In this document: positions 47,597 through 57,184 of the stretch, in pieces
Layout: every line of letters starts with the position of its first letter
Position numbering within the stretch: the first letter of the stretch is position 1
From: Ignavibacteriales bacterium
GTDB lineage: Bacteria > Bacteroidota > Ignavibacteria > Ignavibacteriales > SURF-24
DNA length: 64,000 bases
Assembly: GCA_026390815.1 (NCBI GenBank)
Contig: JAPLFH010000011.1
Location: forward strand, 2,122 to 66,121
Direction of reading: 5' to 3'
Program-made: the position numbers and the translations under genes
Notes under the pieces: model-generated
Database searches by the model: none
Told to the model about the DNA's origin: nothing
The model's input: the letters and a program-made list of their open reading frames with translations, nothing else

Positions 47597-50436
47597 TTTA
47601 TTAATACTATTTTTTTTGTATTGAAAAAATTTCCTGCTTTCAGTCTATAGATATAAACTCCGCTCGAAAGATTACTTCCATCAAAATGAACTTCATAATT
47701 TCCAATGGATTTTTCTTCATTAACTAAAGTTGCTACTTCCTTGCCAAGTACATCAAATATTTTTAATTCTACCCTACTTCTTTCTGGGATAGAATATTTT
47801 ATTGTTGTTGTAGGGTTGAAAGGATTTGGAAAGTTCTGGTAAAGTTTGAATTCCTTGGGCAAGAAATTACTTTTAGCAACATCATCCAGAATTCCAAGGT
47901 AATAGAAATTTTTAACCGCTTTGGTTTTATCTTTTAGAACTTTTACACTATTTATATTATCCGTTCCTCTACCTATAATAATTGCATAAACAACTTCCTG
48001 AGTATCGCCAGGAGCAAAATTAAATGGACCGGAAGAAATCATATGTCGTCTATCTCCAGCAAAAGGTCCTCCTGGCCAGCCATTACCCTCATACCATCCA
48101 GTATTAAAGACTGGATCACCAGAAAGAGGAAATTTAGTTGTATCACCTGTGTATGGATCAATATAAGGTAATTCAGGTGCTTGATATGAATATCTGGATC
48201 CTTTTAAATAATAATAGAAGCCAAGTGATCCATTATAACCTATCGGTGGATCAAGTGCATAAAGCCACGTCTTGAATATTGCTGCATATGCTGACATAGT
48301 TAAATTTTTCTTTTCCTTTACCCATCGTCCATCAAAGTAAGCACTATCAGATAATTTTGATGGACAAGTTGGTCCTTGTAATAAAAAATAACCTAAAGCA
48401 GGAGGAGCAGCACCATACGCTTGATCATTGTTACTACTGTTGTATGCATATCCTAAATTGAGTATTGAATCACATCCAACATAATCATCACTACCATCAC
48501 CTAAGTCGGTATCCGACCAATAACCGAAGTACATATCTTCAACAGTAGTTGTGCTTTTATTTATAATCTTATATTTCTTGAACACAACATCAGCCAAATC
48601 ATCAGTCCTGTTATAACCATAAGTTGTAACCTGAACTTCCAATCCGATAGGTTCGCTTCCGTACGTGTATTGTGTAATTGCTGAATCAAGATCGTTTGCT
48701 ACAAACCAAAGTGTTTCATCACCTTCATACTTTGGTTTGTCTATTTCTTTAGTGTATTGACCATCGTGGTCTATATCCTCATATGGTGCTCCTAGTTCAC
48801 CAGGCCAGTTATCATAATTGTATTCAAATGCGGCTCTTTCGGATCTGGGTGGAAGCGATTCCCAATCTCTTCTGATTTTCCAAATATTATAAATTGGTTT
48901 GGTGGTAGTGTCTGGTAAACCGCAAGACAAGATTTTCCCCGGTTGTAAGCCACTTCTATATGTACTACCATTTACATTTATTACTCCATTTACTTTCCCT
49001 CCCCAAATTAATCCATCCTGAAATACAGCACCGATAGTTGCATATTTTCCACCGGGCCAATAAAGTCCCGCCCCATCTGATCTCGGATCGTGCGAACCCA
49101 TTCCATTATTACCAACAAACATCATAATTTGATTAATAGCTATAAAATCTGAAGTGGAATTATAAGTGATCGAGAAGTATTCATTACTTTCATCAAACAG
49201 AGTTGGATTATTTGCATCGCTAACTTTTAATTTGCATTTATCTGAAGATTTCCCTTCCATTGCAAATTTATAAAATCCAGAATCAGGGATGACAGATGCA
49301 ATTCTATCCCAACTAGCTCCACCATTAGTTGTTAAATCAATATTTACATTTGATATACTCTGACTATACCAATAAAAAATATATTCCCTCCCAATTACAC
49401 AAGATTGAGCATCATTAAAAGAAGTTAAAGCAACCCCGCTTGCATTTCCATTTGCGTCTGTTTTAATCAAACTGATATAATTATTTATATGCCCTGCTAA
49501 AATAAATCCTTTATCTCCTGTGCTTTGAATTTCATAAAAATAATTTGGAATTACTATTTCCCATAATTTATTTCCATCAGCATCAGTTTTTAAAATTCCA
49601 CGGTCTACTAAAGCAAAACCACCATCTTCGGTTTGTATTACTGATCTAAAAGTCCAATTGGAATAATTTTTTGTCCAAATTTTATTTCCAATTTTATCAG
49701 TTTTCATTAAAAAATCTTCACCACATAAAACAAAACCACTATCGCTTGTCTGGAAAAAGTCCGTACAGGATTTTGAAAGATTCTTTACCCATAATGAATC
49801 ACCATCATCAGAAATTTTGAATAACCTACCTTTGACGTATAACATGAAATTATTATCAAACGTTTTTTGAATATCAAGAAAAGTAATGGATGAAGTAGGG
49901 AAACTAAATAATTTGCGTTTGATTAAGTTGCCATCATAATCAGCTTTAATAATCATTGTTTTATCAGGAGAATTTAATGCTTGATGGGTACCTGCTATTA
50001 AATATCCGCCGTCATCTGTTAGAACAAATGATTTACCAAATTCACAAGCGGTAGTGAGGTAAGTTTTAGTCCAGATTGTGTCTCCTGATTTGTTCAATCG
50101 GTACAAACAAACATTCGTATCATTACCTTCTTTTGTACCAACGAAACTATATCCTTCATCGGAATGTTGAACAACTCGTAAAAAATAAGGAAGCGGCTCA
50201 GTTAGATTTTCGAACTTTTTTTCCCAGATAAGATTTCCTGCATTATCTGTTTTAGTTAATATTACAATTTTATCATAATACAAATAACTACCGATTAAAT
50301 ATCCTGAATCTTTAGTCTGAATGACTGAGCAGCCACCACCTCTTGAATAATTTTTAATGAAAGTGTTCGTCTGTGAAAACAATTGGAAGGAAAACAGTAT
50401 TGTGAATAATAAAATTGAACGATAGGTTTGTTTCAT
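47593..50436 (-). CDS. secreted T9SS-sorted protein, paralogue D
   Basis: Same architecture as B and C, with a type-2 CTD. Long near-identical DNA blocks shared with C. Confidence 0.8.
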   Translation of the reverse strand: MKQTYRSILLFTILFSFQLFSQTNTFIKNYSRGGGCSVIQTKDSGYLIGSYLYYDKIVILTKTDNAGNLIWEKKFENLTEPLPYFLRVVQHSDEGYSFVGTKEGNDTNVCLYRLNKSGDTIWTKTYLTTACEFGKSFVLTDDGGYLIAGTHQALNSPDKTMIIKADYDGNLIKRKLFSFPTSSITFLDIQKTFDNNFMLYVKGRLFKISDDGDSLWVKNLSKSCTDFFQTSDSGFVLCGEDFLMKTDKIGNKIWTKNYSNWTFRSVIQTEDGGFALVDRGILKTDADGNKLWEIVIPNYFYEIQSTGDKGFILAGHINNYISLIKTDANGNASGVALTSFNDAQSCVIGREYIFYWYSQSISNVNIDLTTNGGASWDRIASVIPDSGFYKFAMEGKSSDKCKLKVSDANNPTLFDESNEYFSITYNSTSDFIAINQIMMFVGNNGMGSHDPRSDGAGLYWPGGKYATIGAVFQDGLIWGGKVNGVINVNGSTYRSGLQPGKILSCGLPDTTTKPIYNIWKIRRDWESLPPRSERAAFEYNYDNWPGELGAPYEDIDHDGQYTKEIDKPKYEGDETLWFVANDLDSAITQYTYGSEPIGLEVQVTTYGYNRTDDLADVVFKKYKIINKSTTTVEDMYFGYWSDTDLGDGSDDYVGCDSILNLGYAYNSSNNDQAYGAAPPALGYFLLQGPTCPSKLSDSAYFDGRWVKEKKNLTMSAYAAIFKTWLYALDPPIGYNGSLGFYYYLKGSRYSYQAPELPYIDPYTGDTTKFPLSGDPVFNTGWYEGNGWPGGPFAGDRRHMISSGPFNFAPGDTQEVVYAIIIGRGTDNINSVKVLKDKTKAVKNFYYLGILDDVAKSNFLPKEFKLYQNFPNPFNPTTTIKYSIPERSRVELKIFDVLGKEVATLVNEEKSIGNYEVHFDGSNLSSGVYIYRLKAGNFFNTKKIVLIK

Positions 50437-50594
50437 TTCAAACTCCCTCTTCCAAATGATACAATGTAAATCTCAGTTAACTTTAAGTCTTTGTGACTAA
50501 TTTTTACTTCCCGAACAGCAAAATTAAAAAGACACTATTAACGTAAAATATTTTCTTATTAGAAGCAATGTGAATATGAGTAAAGTCAAAGGAA

Positions 50595-50666
50595 GGAATC
50601 TGGGAAACGGGGAATCAGAGAAACGGAGAATTGGAGAAATGAGGAAACGGAGAAGTGAAGAAGCGG
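50595..50666 (+). repeat. nine tandem purine-rich octamers (consensus RGAAWNGG; also readable as a 16-nt period)
   Basis: GGAATCTG GGAAACGG GGAATCAG AGAAACGG AGAATTGG AGAAATGA GGAAACGG AGAAGTGA AGAAGCGG. Located in the intergenic region between the MFS terminator and the paralogue-D upstream region. Confidence 0.7.
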
Positions 50667-50679
50667 CGTTAGAAATACA

Positions 50680-50717
50680 TTGAGACTCTGGGAAAATTAT
50701 TTATCCCGGAGTCTCAA
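50680..50717 (-). terminator. hairpin terminator candidate for the MFS transporter gene
   Basis: 13-bp stem TTGAGACTCTGGG / CCCGGAGTCTCAA (one G-U pair), 12-nt loop, 11 nt past the stop codon. On the minus strand it is followed by TGTATTTCT. Confidence 0.5.
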
Positions 50718-50728
50718 TGATTTAAAAA

Positions 50729-52156
50729 TTATTCTTCGTGCTTAACTTTAAATCCTTTCATCATCCATTTTCTTGCAAGCACTAAACCAACCGGAGATAT
50801 TATAGCGATAAATCCGTAATACAACCACATTGTTTCTGTGTGCATTTCTGCAGGTGCAACTCCCTTTGGAGCATAATGCATCAAGAACCAGCCGGAATAT
50901 AAACTTGTAACAACTTTAGTAAGGAACCAAGGAAACTGACCAATACCCATGTAAATTCCAGTCATTCCTTTTGGAGCAATATCTGCAACCCACTGAAGGA
51001 ATCTTGGCTGCCACATTGCTTCTCCGATCGTCATTATAACTAAATAAGCAAACACGTTAAAAACAGTTGGTCCTAATGCAAGGATAAAAGTTGGTGAAGC
51101 CATAACAAAAGTACCATAGATCATCATCTTATAAGTATTTTTTTTAATTGTTAAAGCAGCAACCATTGGAGTTAAAATGAAAATTAATATAGGATTGAAG
51201 TTGGTAAAAAATTCAAAGTTATCCTGAACAACACCGGTAAATGCCCGACTAAAATAAACAGGAAGCGTTAACCAGTTATGAGCAAACAAAGTTTGAACCG
51301 GAATAAGAATGAAAATGAAATACATAAATCGGAAATCTGTTATTGGAAAGTTTTTAACATAGAACATAATTTTTTCTTTGGCGGATTTTTCATCCTGAGC
51401 TTTTTTATCTGCAGCAATTTTTTCTTTAGAGTCTTTGCTCATTTCCTGAATTGTCTTATCAATTGTTTTTTTTGAAAGAATTATTGCTACCACAATAATT
51501 CCCAGAACAGTCAACACTACATAAACCCACATCACTGCTAAGATTCCATCTTTTTCATTTCCAAACGCTTTTCTGATTGGTGGAGCCATTAAGCCAGGAA
51601 GAAATCCACCAAGATTCATCAATGCATAAAGCATGGCGTATCCCATTGCAGAAGTTTTTTCGTTTGTGAATAGTTTTACTGCCGCATAACACGCAGGTTG
51701 ATAAATTCCATATCCCAAAACAATTCCAAAAATTCCAAGCAAAGCAATAAGATGCGCCGTAGACCACAATCCAACTGATGAAGTAATATTTGGTCCAAGT
51801 GTTAGGAATATTCTTCCAATCAACATGAAGATTAGAGAGTAGATAAGAGATTTACGGACACCAATCCAATCAACAGTTGCCCCAAGAAAAAGCATGGCAA
51901 GCGTAATTCCAGCAGTTTGAAGCCCAACCATTTGTCCGGCTCTTATATCATCAAGTTTTATAAAATCAGTAAAGTAGATTACTAAATAACCAACTACACC
52001 AAAGTACGTTAGTCCTTCAAGTAAATAAGAAAGATTAACTCCCCACAGTGCACGAGATGCATGGAATAAATCAATGAATGGTTGAGTTATTTCTTTTAAA
52101 ACTCCTTTGAAGACATTTCCACTTGTGTGTTGTTTGTCTTCTTTATTTTGTTCCAT
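50729..52156 (-). CDS. MFS transporter (possibly POT/peptide-transporter-like)
   Basis: 12-14 TM helices in a 6+6 layout with a charged central loop. 'YLLEGLTYFGV' loosely resembles the POT ExxERFxYYG motif. Substrate unknown. Confidence 0.65.
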   Translation of the reverse strand: MEQNKEDKQHTSGNVFKGVLKEITQPFIDLFHASRALWGVNLSYLLEGLTYFGVVGYLVIYFTDFIKLDDIRAGQMVGLQTAGITLAMLFLGATVDWIGVRKSLIYSLIFMLIGRIFLTLGPNITSSVGLWSTAHLIALLGIFGIVLGYGIYQPACYAAVKLFTNEKTSAMGYAMLYALMNLGGFLPGLMAPPIRKAFGNEKDGILAVMWVYVVLTVLGIIVVAIILSKKTIDKTIQEMSKDSKEKIAADKKAQDEKSAKEKIMFYVKNFPITDFRFMYFIFILIPVQTLFAHNWLTLPVYFSRAFTGVVQDNFEFFTNFNPILIFILTPMVAALTIKKNTYKMMIYGTFVMASPTFILALGPTVFNVFAYLVIMTIGEAMWQPRFLQWVADIAPKGMTGIYMGIGQFPWFLTKVVTSLYSGWFLMHYAPKGVAPAEMHTETMWLYYGFIAIISPVGLVLARKWMMKGFKVKHEE

Positions 52157-52255
52157 AAAAACTCCAATTTGAATAAATTCTAATAACAGGTTTAATTTTG
52201 CCTGCCAAGATAATGAATCATTTTGTCTTTTCTTACTAACAAAGAATGGGGATTT

Positions 52256-54655
52256 TTATAACCGGCGCCATCCCATATTTTTAATAATTTCACCGTCGCT
52301 GGAAAGCATTATACACCCTAACTTATCTGTTCTTAGAATATTGATATTTCTTTCCTGTACTCTTTGCAAAGTAATTGGTGATGGATGTTTAAATTTATTG
52401 TACTGTCCGGCACTAATTAAAGCATACTTTGGATTAACAACATCTAAAAATTTTGTAGATGAGCCGGTTGAACTTCCGTGGTGACCAAGTTTTAGTAAAT
52501 CAGATTGTAAGAATCCTGCGAAATTATTAATTAGTTTGCTCTCAGCTTTCTTTTCAGCATCACCCACAAATAAAAAGCTATTGTTGCCATAAACAATTTT
52601 GATAATTCCACTTCTATCATTCATTTTAAATTTAGAAAACTCATTATCATTTGGATTGTACAAAAAATAAATTCTCGCATCACCAATCTTTAAAATATTT
52701 TTATTGTAATGATGAACAAGAACTTGATTCTCCGCAAGAAATTTTTCTAAACGAATATCTTTTTTGTAAGAAGTGTCAAGTGGTGGTTTATATATTTCTT
52801 GAATAACTCCATTATGCACCAATGAAACAAATCCTGCATAATGGTCGCTATCAACGTGCGATATAAATCCATAATCGATTTTATCCACACCGAGATATTG
52901 AAGAAGAGGCAAGATAATTCTTTCTCCATTATCAAAATATTGCGTGGCTTCACCAGCATCAATCAACGCAGTTTTTCCATTCGGAAATTTTAAAAGAAAT
53001 GCATCACCCTGCCCAACATCAATTGCAGTTATACTCAATTTATTTTTAGGCAGATATTCTTTATTGTCTAAAGAGCTAAGAATTAAAATGTTTGCGAAAG
53101 TTAGAATTATTAAAATGAACTTTGTCTTTGCAATTACAAATTTTTCATAATTGTAGAAGATGATAAATATTAAAAAATAAAATATTAACGCATCTAAAAC
53201 GGAAAATTGCCTGATTGCAAGAAATGAAAATTTGAAACTACTTAGCTGATGAGCAATCCAATATAAAAACGCAGTTGCTAAATTATTTACACTTGCATAT
53301 ACAATTGCGGCTTTTAGCCAGACAATACCAAGAACTAAAGTTAGTATTCCAATGCTAATCATTGCTCCGGTTAATGGTACAATAATTATATTGGCAACAA
53401 GCGAAATGAGAGATAGCTTCCTAAAATAAATCAATGTAAAAGGTAGAGTTCCGATTTGAGCAGCAAGAGATACTGTACAAAAAAGCAAAAGTTTTTTGAG
53501 GTAGTTATTTTTAAGATTTATTTCATTTATCCTTTTCTTAAAAAATGGAGTTAATGCAACAATTGCTATTACAGCCGCAAAAGACAATTGTAAACCAGGA
53601 TCAAATAAGTCGATTGGATTTATAATTAAAATAATTAATGCTGATAAGGAAATAGAATTATAAATGTTAGTTGATCGATTGGAAAGAAAAGCAGTTAGAA
53701 TCACAATTCCCATGATGGCAGATCTTACAACCGATGCTGTTGCACCGGTAACATAAATGAAAAGAAATATTCCAATTATTGTAAGCGTAGTTCGCAAATA
53801 GAGATTCAGTCTGCCAAATACAAATAGAAAAATTACAAGGATGTATGCAACATGCAATCCAGATACAGCCAGTACGTGAACCACTCCAGTATTAATAAAA
53901 TCAGTTTTGGTTTCATCATTTATTTCAGTTCGGTCACCAACAAGTAAACCTTTCAGCAAAGCCGATGTTTGTGCATCATGCAATTCTGTAATACTTTTAT
54001 CAATTGCTTTACGTGCATCTAAAATCAAATTTGGGATTATTTTATTTGTAAAATTTGTGATTTTAAAATCATTGGTTGAGTAAGATGTAAATAATCCGCT
54101 GATTCCTTTTTGTTCAAGATAATATTGATAATCAAATTCACCGGGATTCCTTTGTTCTCTTCCTTTTGTAATCGTGCCTTTTATTGCCACATAATTTCCA
54201 ACACTAGAGTTATTATATATTGAATCCAGATTTTTTCTTGATTCATCTCTTACTCTACATAAAAATGAATGATTAAGTCTTGTTAAATTTCCAGAAATTC
54301 TAACCGAATCGACTTGTACCGTCATTCTAATTTCATATTCACGATTTAGTTCAATGTCTTCAATCATTCCGAAAATTTCTGCATTTTGAATTTTGGAATC
54401 ATTAAATGGATATGGATGAATTGATATTTGCGCAATTGAGTATGAAACGATTCCGAATGAAATTATTAACAATGAAATAGAAATGATTGAAAATAAATCT
54501 CCCAGTTTCAATAATCTTGATAAAAGGAATAGTGTGGTTAAAGATCCGATTACAATTAACTGGAGATCAAGATTAAGAGGAAGAATAAACACTTTCGCGA
54601 GAATAATTCCCAGAACATAGCAAAGAGTTACTTTTATTAAAGGATAATCCTTCAT
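52256..54655 (-). CDS. comEC: DNA internalisation competence protein ComEC/Rec2 (with MBL domain)
   Basis: Polytopic competence domain ('GVVHVLAVSGLHV') plus C-terminal metallo-beta-lactamase ('DVGQGDA', 'SHVDSDH', 'LGHHGS'). Confidence 0.85.
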   Translation of the reverse strand: MKDYPLIKVTLCYVLGIILAKVFILPLNLDLQLIVIGSLTTLFLLSRLLKLGDLFSIISISLLIISFGIVSYSIAQISIHPYPFNDSKIQNAEIFGMIEDIELNREYEIRMTVQVDSVRISGNLTRLNHSFLCRVRDESRKNLDSIYNNSSVGNYVAIKGTITKGREQRNPGEFDYQYYLEQKGISGLFTSYSTNDFKITNFTNKIIPNLILDARKAIDKSITELHDAQTSALLKGLLVGDRTEINDETKTDFINTGVVHVLAVSGLHVAYILVIFLFVFGRLNLYLRTTLTIIGIFLFIYVTGATASVVRSAIMGIVILTAFLSNRSTNIYNSISLSALIILIINPIDLFDPGLQLSFAAVIAIVALTPFFKKRINEINLKNNYLKKLLLFCTVSLAAQIGTLPFTLIYFRKLSLISLVANIIIVPLTGAMISIGILTLVLGIVWLKAAIVYASVNNLATAFLYWIAHQLSSFKFSFLAIRQFSVLDALIFYFLIFIIFYNYEKFVIAKTKFILIILTFANILILSSLDNKEYLPKNKLSITAIDVGQGDAFLLKFPNGKTALIDAGEATQYFDNGERIILPLLQYLGVDKIDYGFISHVDSDHYAGFVSLVHNGVIQEIYKPPLDTSYKKDIRLEKFLAENQVLVHHYNKNILKIGDARIYFLYNPNDNEFSKFKMNDRSGIIKIVYGNNSFLFVGDAEKKAESKLINNFAGFLQSDLLKLGHHGSSTGSSTKFLDVVNPKYALISAGQYNKFKHPSPITLQRVQERNINILRTDKLGCIMLSSDGEIIKNMGWRRL

Positions 54656-55557
54656 TTATATAAATTTATTATTGCCTGTTTTATTTGAGTAAGGTTTTTA
54701 ATCTTCTTGCTTAATTCTTTGGCAAATTTTCCTGCGGTAATAGTTAATGCAGGATTCAATGTGTGCATTTTTACAGAAATATCTTCCAGGTTTCCATGAT
54801 CCGAACAGATTATTAACGTTATCATTTCTTTGTCCAGGTTTTTTAAAATGAAATATAAAAACCGGTCAAACGATTCCATAATTGTTTCCATTTCTTCACG
54901 GTGCCTCCAATGTCCAAGATGATCAGTAAGAAAATATTCATATACAGTTAAATGATTCTTAGCGGAAATTCGTAATAATCTTTTAGCTGCTGATTCTGGG
55001 CTTATAATACGCAATTTGTAACCAAGTTTTCTTACCCATCTATCATTGGTAATATCGGCAGCTAAAGCTCTCCCCTTCCAAATATCAGAGGAATGATATA
55101 AAGGAATTCCACTAAATCGGCAGCTTAATGTGGTAGTGCTTAACCTGGTTTTACCAGATTTGATATAATCGAAAAATACTTTTGGATAAGCATTAACAAA
55201 AACTACTTTCTTTTTTCTTCGTTTCAATTCAAGGAAAATATTTTTTGTTTTTAATTGTGGAATAGTTGTGGAATGCGGGAATGGACCAAAATGTCGCCCA
55301 GCAATCTTTGGAGCATTTACGCCACAAAAGATTGATGTCTGTCCAGTTCCGCTTTGTGGTAATCCTTCAACGCCAAGTAATGGATCAGTTGGAAATAAAT
55401 AACAGCCATCAGAATTTAAATATAAATTATCAATTGAAGGTGGTTGACCAAAGATATCATTTAGAAATCTGAAATGATATTTGAAAAAAGGATTTATTGC
55501 TGGATCCGGTTTTCCAATTCCTACCCCATCCACAAATATTAATAATGTTGATTGCAT
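54652..55557 (-). CDS. alkaline-phosphatase-superfamily metalloenzyme (phosphomutase-like)
   Basis: 'LLIFVDGVGIG' N-terminal metal site and 'ICSDHGNLED' C-terminal site. ATG at 55557 is preferred over the TTG at 55590. Confidence 0.5.
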   Translation of the reverse strand: MQSTLLIFVDGVGIGKPDPAINPFFKYHFRFLNDIFGQPPSIDNLYLNSDGCYLFPTDPLLGVEGLPQSGTGQTSIFCGVNAPKIAGRHFGPFPHSTTIPQLKTKNIFLELKRRKKKVVFVNAYPKVFFDYIKSGKTRLSTTTLSCRFSGIPLYHSSDIWKGRALAADITNDRWVRKLGYKLRIISPESAAKRLLRISAKNHLTVYEYFLTDHLGHWRHREEMETIMESFDRFLYFILKNLDKEMITLIICSDHGNLEDISVKMHTLNPALTITAGKFAKELSKKIKNLTQIKQAIINLYK

Positions 55558-55632
55558 AATTTTCAATTTTAACAGAAAGCTGACTAACAATTAAAATTTA
55601 CTTTGATCTGTGTAAATCATAAACACATCGGA

Positions 55633-56091
55633 CTATTTTTCTAATTTAGATTCCACCAAAATTGTAACTGGTCCATCATTAAATATTTTTATCAACATCA
55701 TTGCTCCAAAGATTCCAACTTTTACCTTTTCCTTACCTAAATTATCTTCAACTCTTTGAATGAATAGTTTGTAAAACTCATCAGCTTTTTCCGGACGTGC
55801 TGCATCGATAAAGCTTGGTCTATTGCCTTTTCTTGAGTCGCCATAAAGTGTAAACTGAGATATGATAAGAACCTCTCCTTTAACATCTTTAATTGAAAGA
55901 TTCATTTTTTCATTTTCATCTTCAAATATTCGGAGGTTGCAGCACTTGTCCGCAACGAAATTTATATCCTCAGGTTTGTCATCATTGTGAATTCCAAGAA
56001 GTATAACCATTCCTTTACCAATCTCGGCAGAATAATTCTCTTTTGAAATATAAACCCCACCCTTAGTCACTCGCTGTACTAATGCCCTCAA
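55633..56091 (-). CDS. dtd: D-aminoacyl-tRNA deacylase
   Basis: 'MRALVQRV', 'SQFTLYGD', 'GNRPSF', 'GIFGAMM'. Confidence 0.9.
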   Translation of the reverse strand: MRALVQRVTKGGVYISKENYSAEIGKGMVILLGIHNDDKPEDINFVADKCCNLRIFEDENEKMNLSIKDVKGEVLIISQFTLYGDSRKGNRPSFIDAARPEKADEFYKLFIQRVEDNLGKEKVKVGIFGAMMLIKIFNDGPVTILVESKLEK

Positions 56092-56933
56092 ACTAATTCT
56101 CCATAAACTACTCTTTCAATATTTAGGAAATCTTTTTTAACAATTACATTACGAAAATTATTTTTCTCGAAAATTATTTTAACATCACTATGTTGTCCTT
56201 TGCCAACCTCAAAGAATAAATAGCCGGGTTTATTCAAAATCAAATTTGCTTTCTCAGAAATTAATTCATAAAACTTAAGTCCATTTCCAAAATCCGAGAT
56301 TGCGTTGGCTGGTTCATAGTTAACAATTTCTGGCTGAAGAGTTTTATATTCATTTATCGAAACGTAAGGTGGGTTGGACACAATTACATCAAAATTATTT
56401 TCAGGATTAAAGTCTTTAATGTCTGCATTCACAAATTTTATTCTTTCATCCAGATTATTAAGTTTTTCATTTTCTTTTGCAAGATTTATAGAATCAGGAC
56501 TAATATCAATTGTTGTAACTGTTGATTCGGGAAATAATTTTGCAAGACATATTGCAATGTTTCCACTTCCAGTTCCAATATCAAGGAAGGATAATTTATT
56601 TTCTTTGGGAAAATAGTTCAGAATTGTTTCTATCAATATTTCAGTTTCCTGCCGAGGGATTAGAACAGATTTATTTACCATGAACTCGAGTCCATAAAAT
56701 TCAACTGATCCCAATATATATTGTAGCGGTTCAAATGATGACCGGCGTTTTAAGAACTCGCGGTATACTTTGATTTCCTCATCCTTCAAAGGTTTATCGA
56801 AAGACAGATACAAATCCAATCGTTTGCATTTTAAAATATGCGCGAGCATAATTTCTGCATTAATTCGTGGAGAATCTATTCCTTTTTTGTCCAAATAATC
56901 AGTTGTAAGTTGAATGCCTTCTAATACAGTCAT
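56088..56933 (-). CDS. prmC: release-factor glutamine N5-methyltransferase
   Basis: 'LQYILG', 'LIPRQETE', 'DIGTGSGNIA', catalytic 'SNPPYV'. Confidence 0.9.
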   Translation of the reverse strand: MTVLEGIQLTTDYLDKKGIDSPRINAEIMLAHILKCKRLDLYLSFDKPLKDEEIKVYREFLKRRSSFEPLQYILGSVEFYGLEFMVNKSVLIPRQETEILIETILNYFPKENKLSFLDIGTGSGNIAICLAKLFPESTVTTIDISPDSINLAKENEKLNNLDERIKFVNADIKDFNPENNFDVIVSNPPYVSINEYKTLQPEIVNYEPANAISDFGNGLKFYELISEKANLILNKPGYLFFEVGKGQHSDVKIIFEKNNFRNVIVKKDFLNIERVVYGELV

Positions 56934-57184
56934 AATCGGTTACTAATTTCTTTAAAGTAAAGATAGTGAAGGATAGCTAAAATGTAAATTGTTTATTATT
57001 TAGTTAACTCGTTTCAAAAATATATTTTGCTAAGCAGGAAGGCAATAAATAAATCCTTTGTTAATCCTAAATAGCTTTGACTTTTTAGTTTCAATATAAT
57101 AAGTTGGAACTCATTAATAAACTTGATATTTGAATTTCATTTGGAGCTTATTTTTTTCGCAAACTAAAATAAGGTAATCATTCA

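Noticed and set aside
50595-50666. Possible CRISPR array or minisatellite-encoded peptide
   Set aside because: The repeats are contiguous 8-mers with no spacers, and no cas genes are in the window. The period is not a multiple of 3 and no ORF with a start or RBS spans the tract. It is kept as a repeat finding only.
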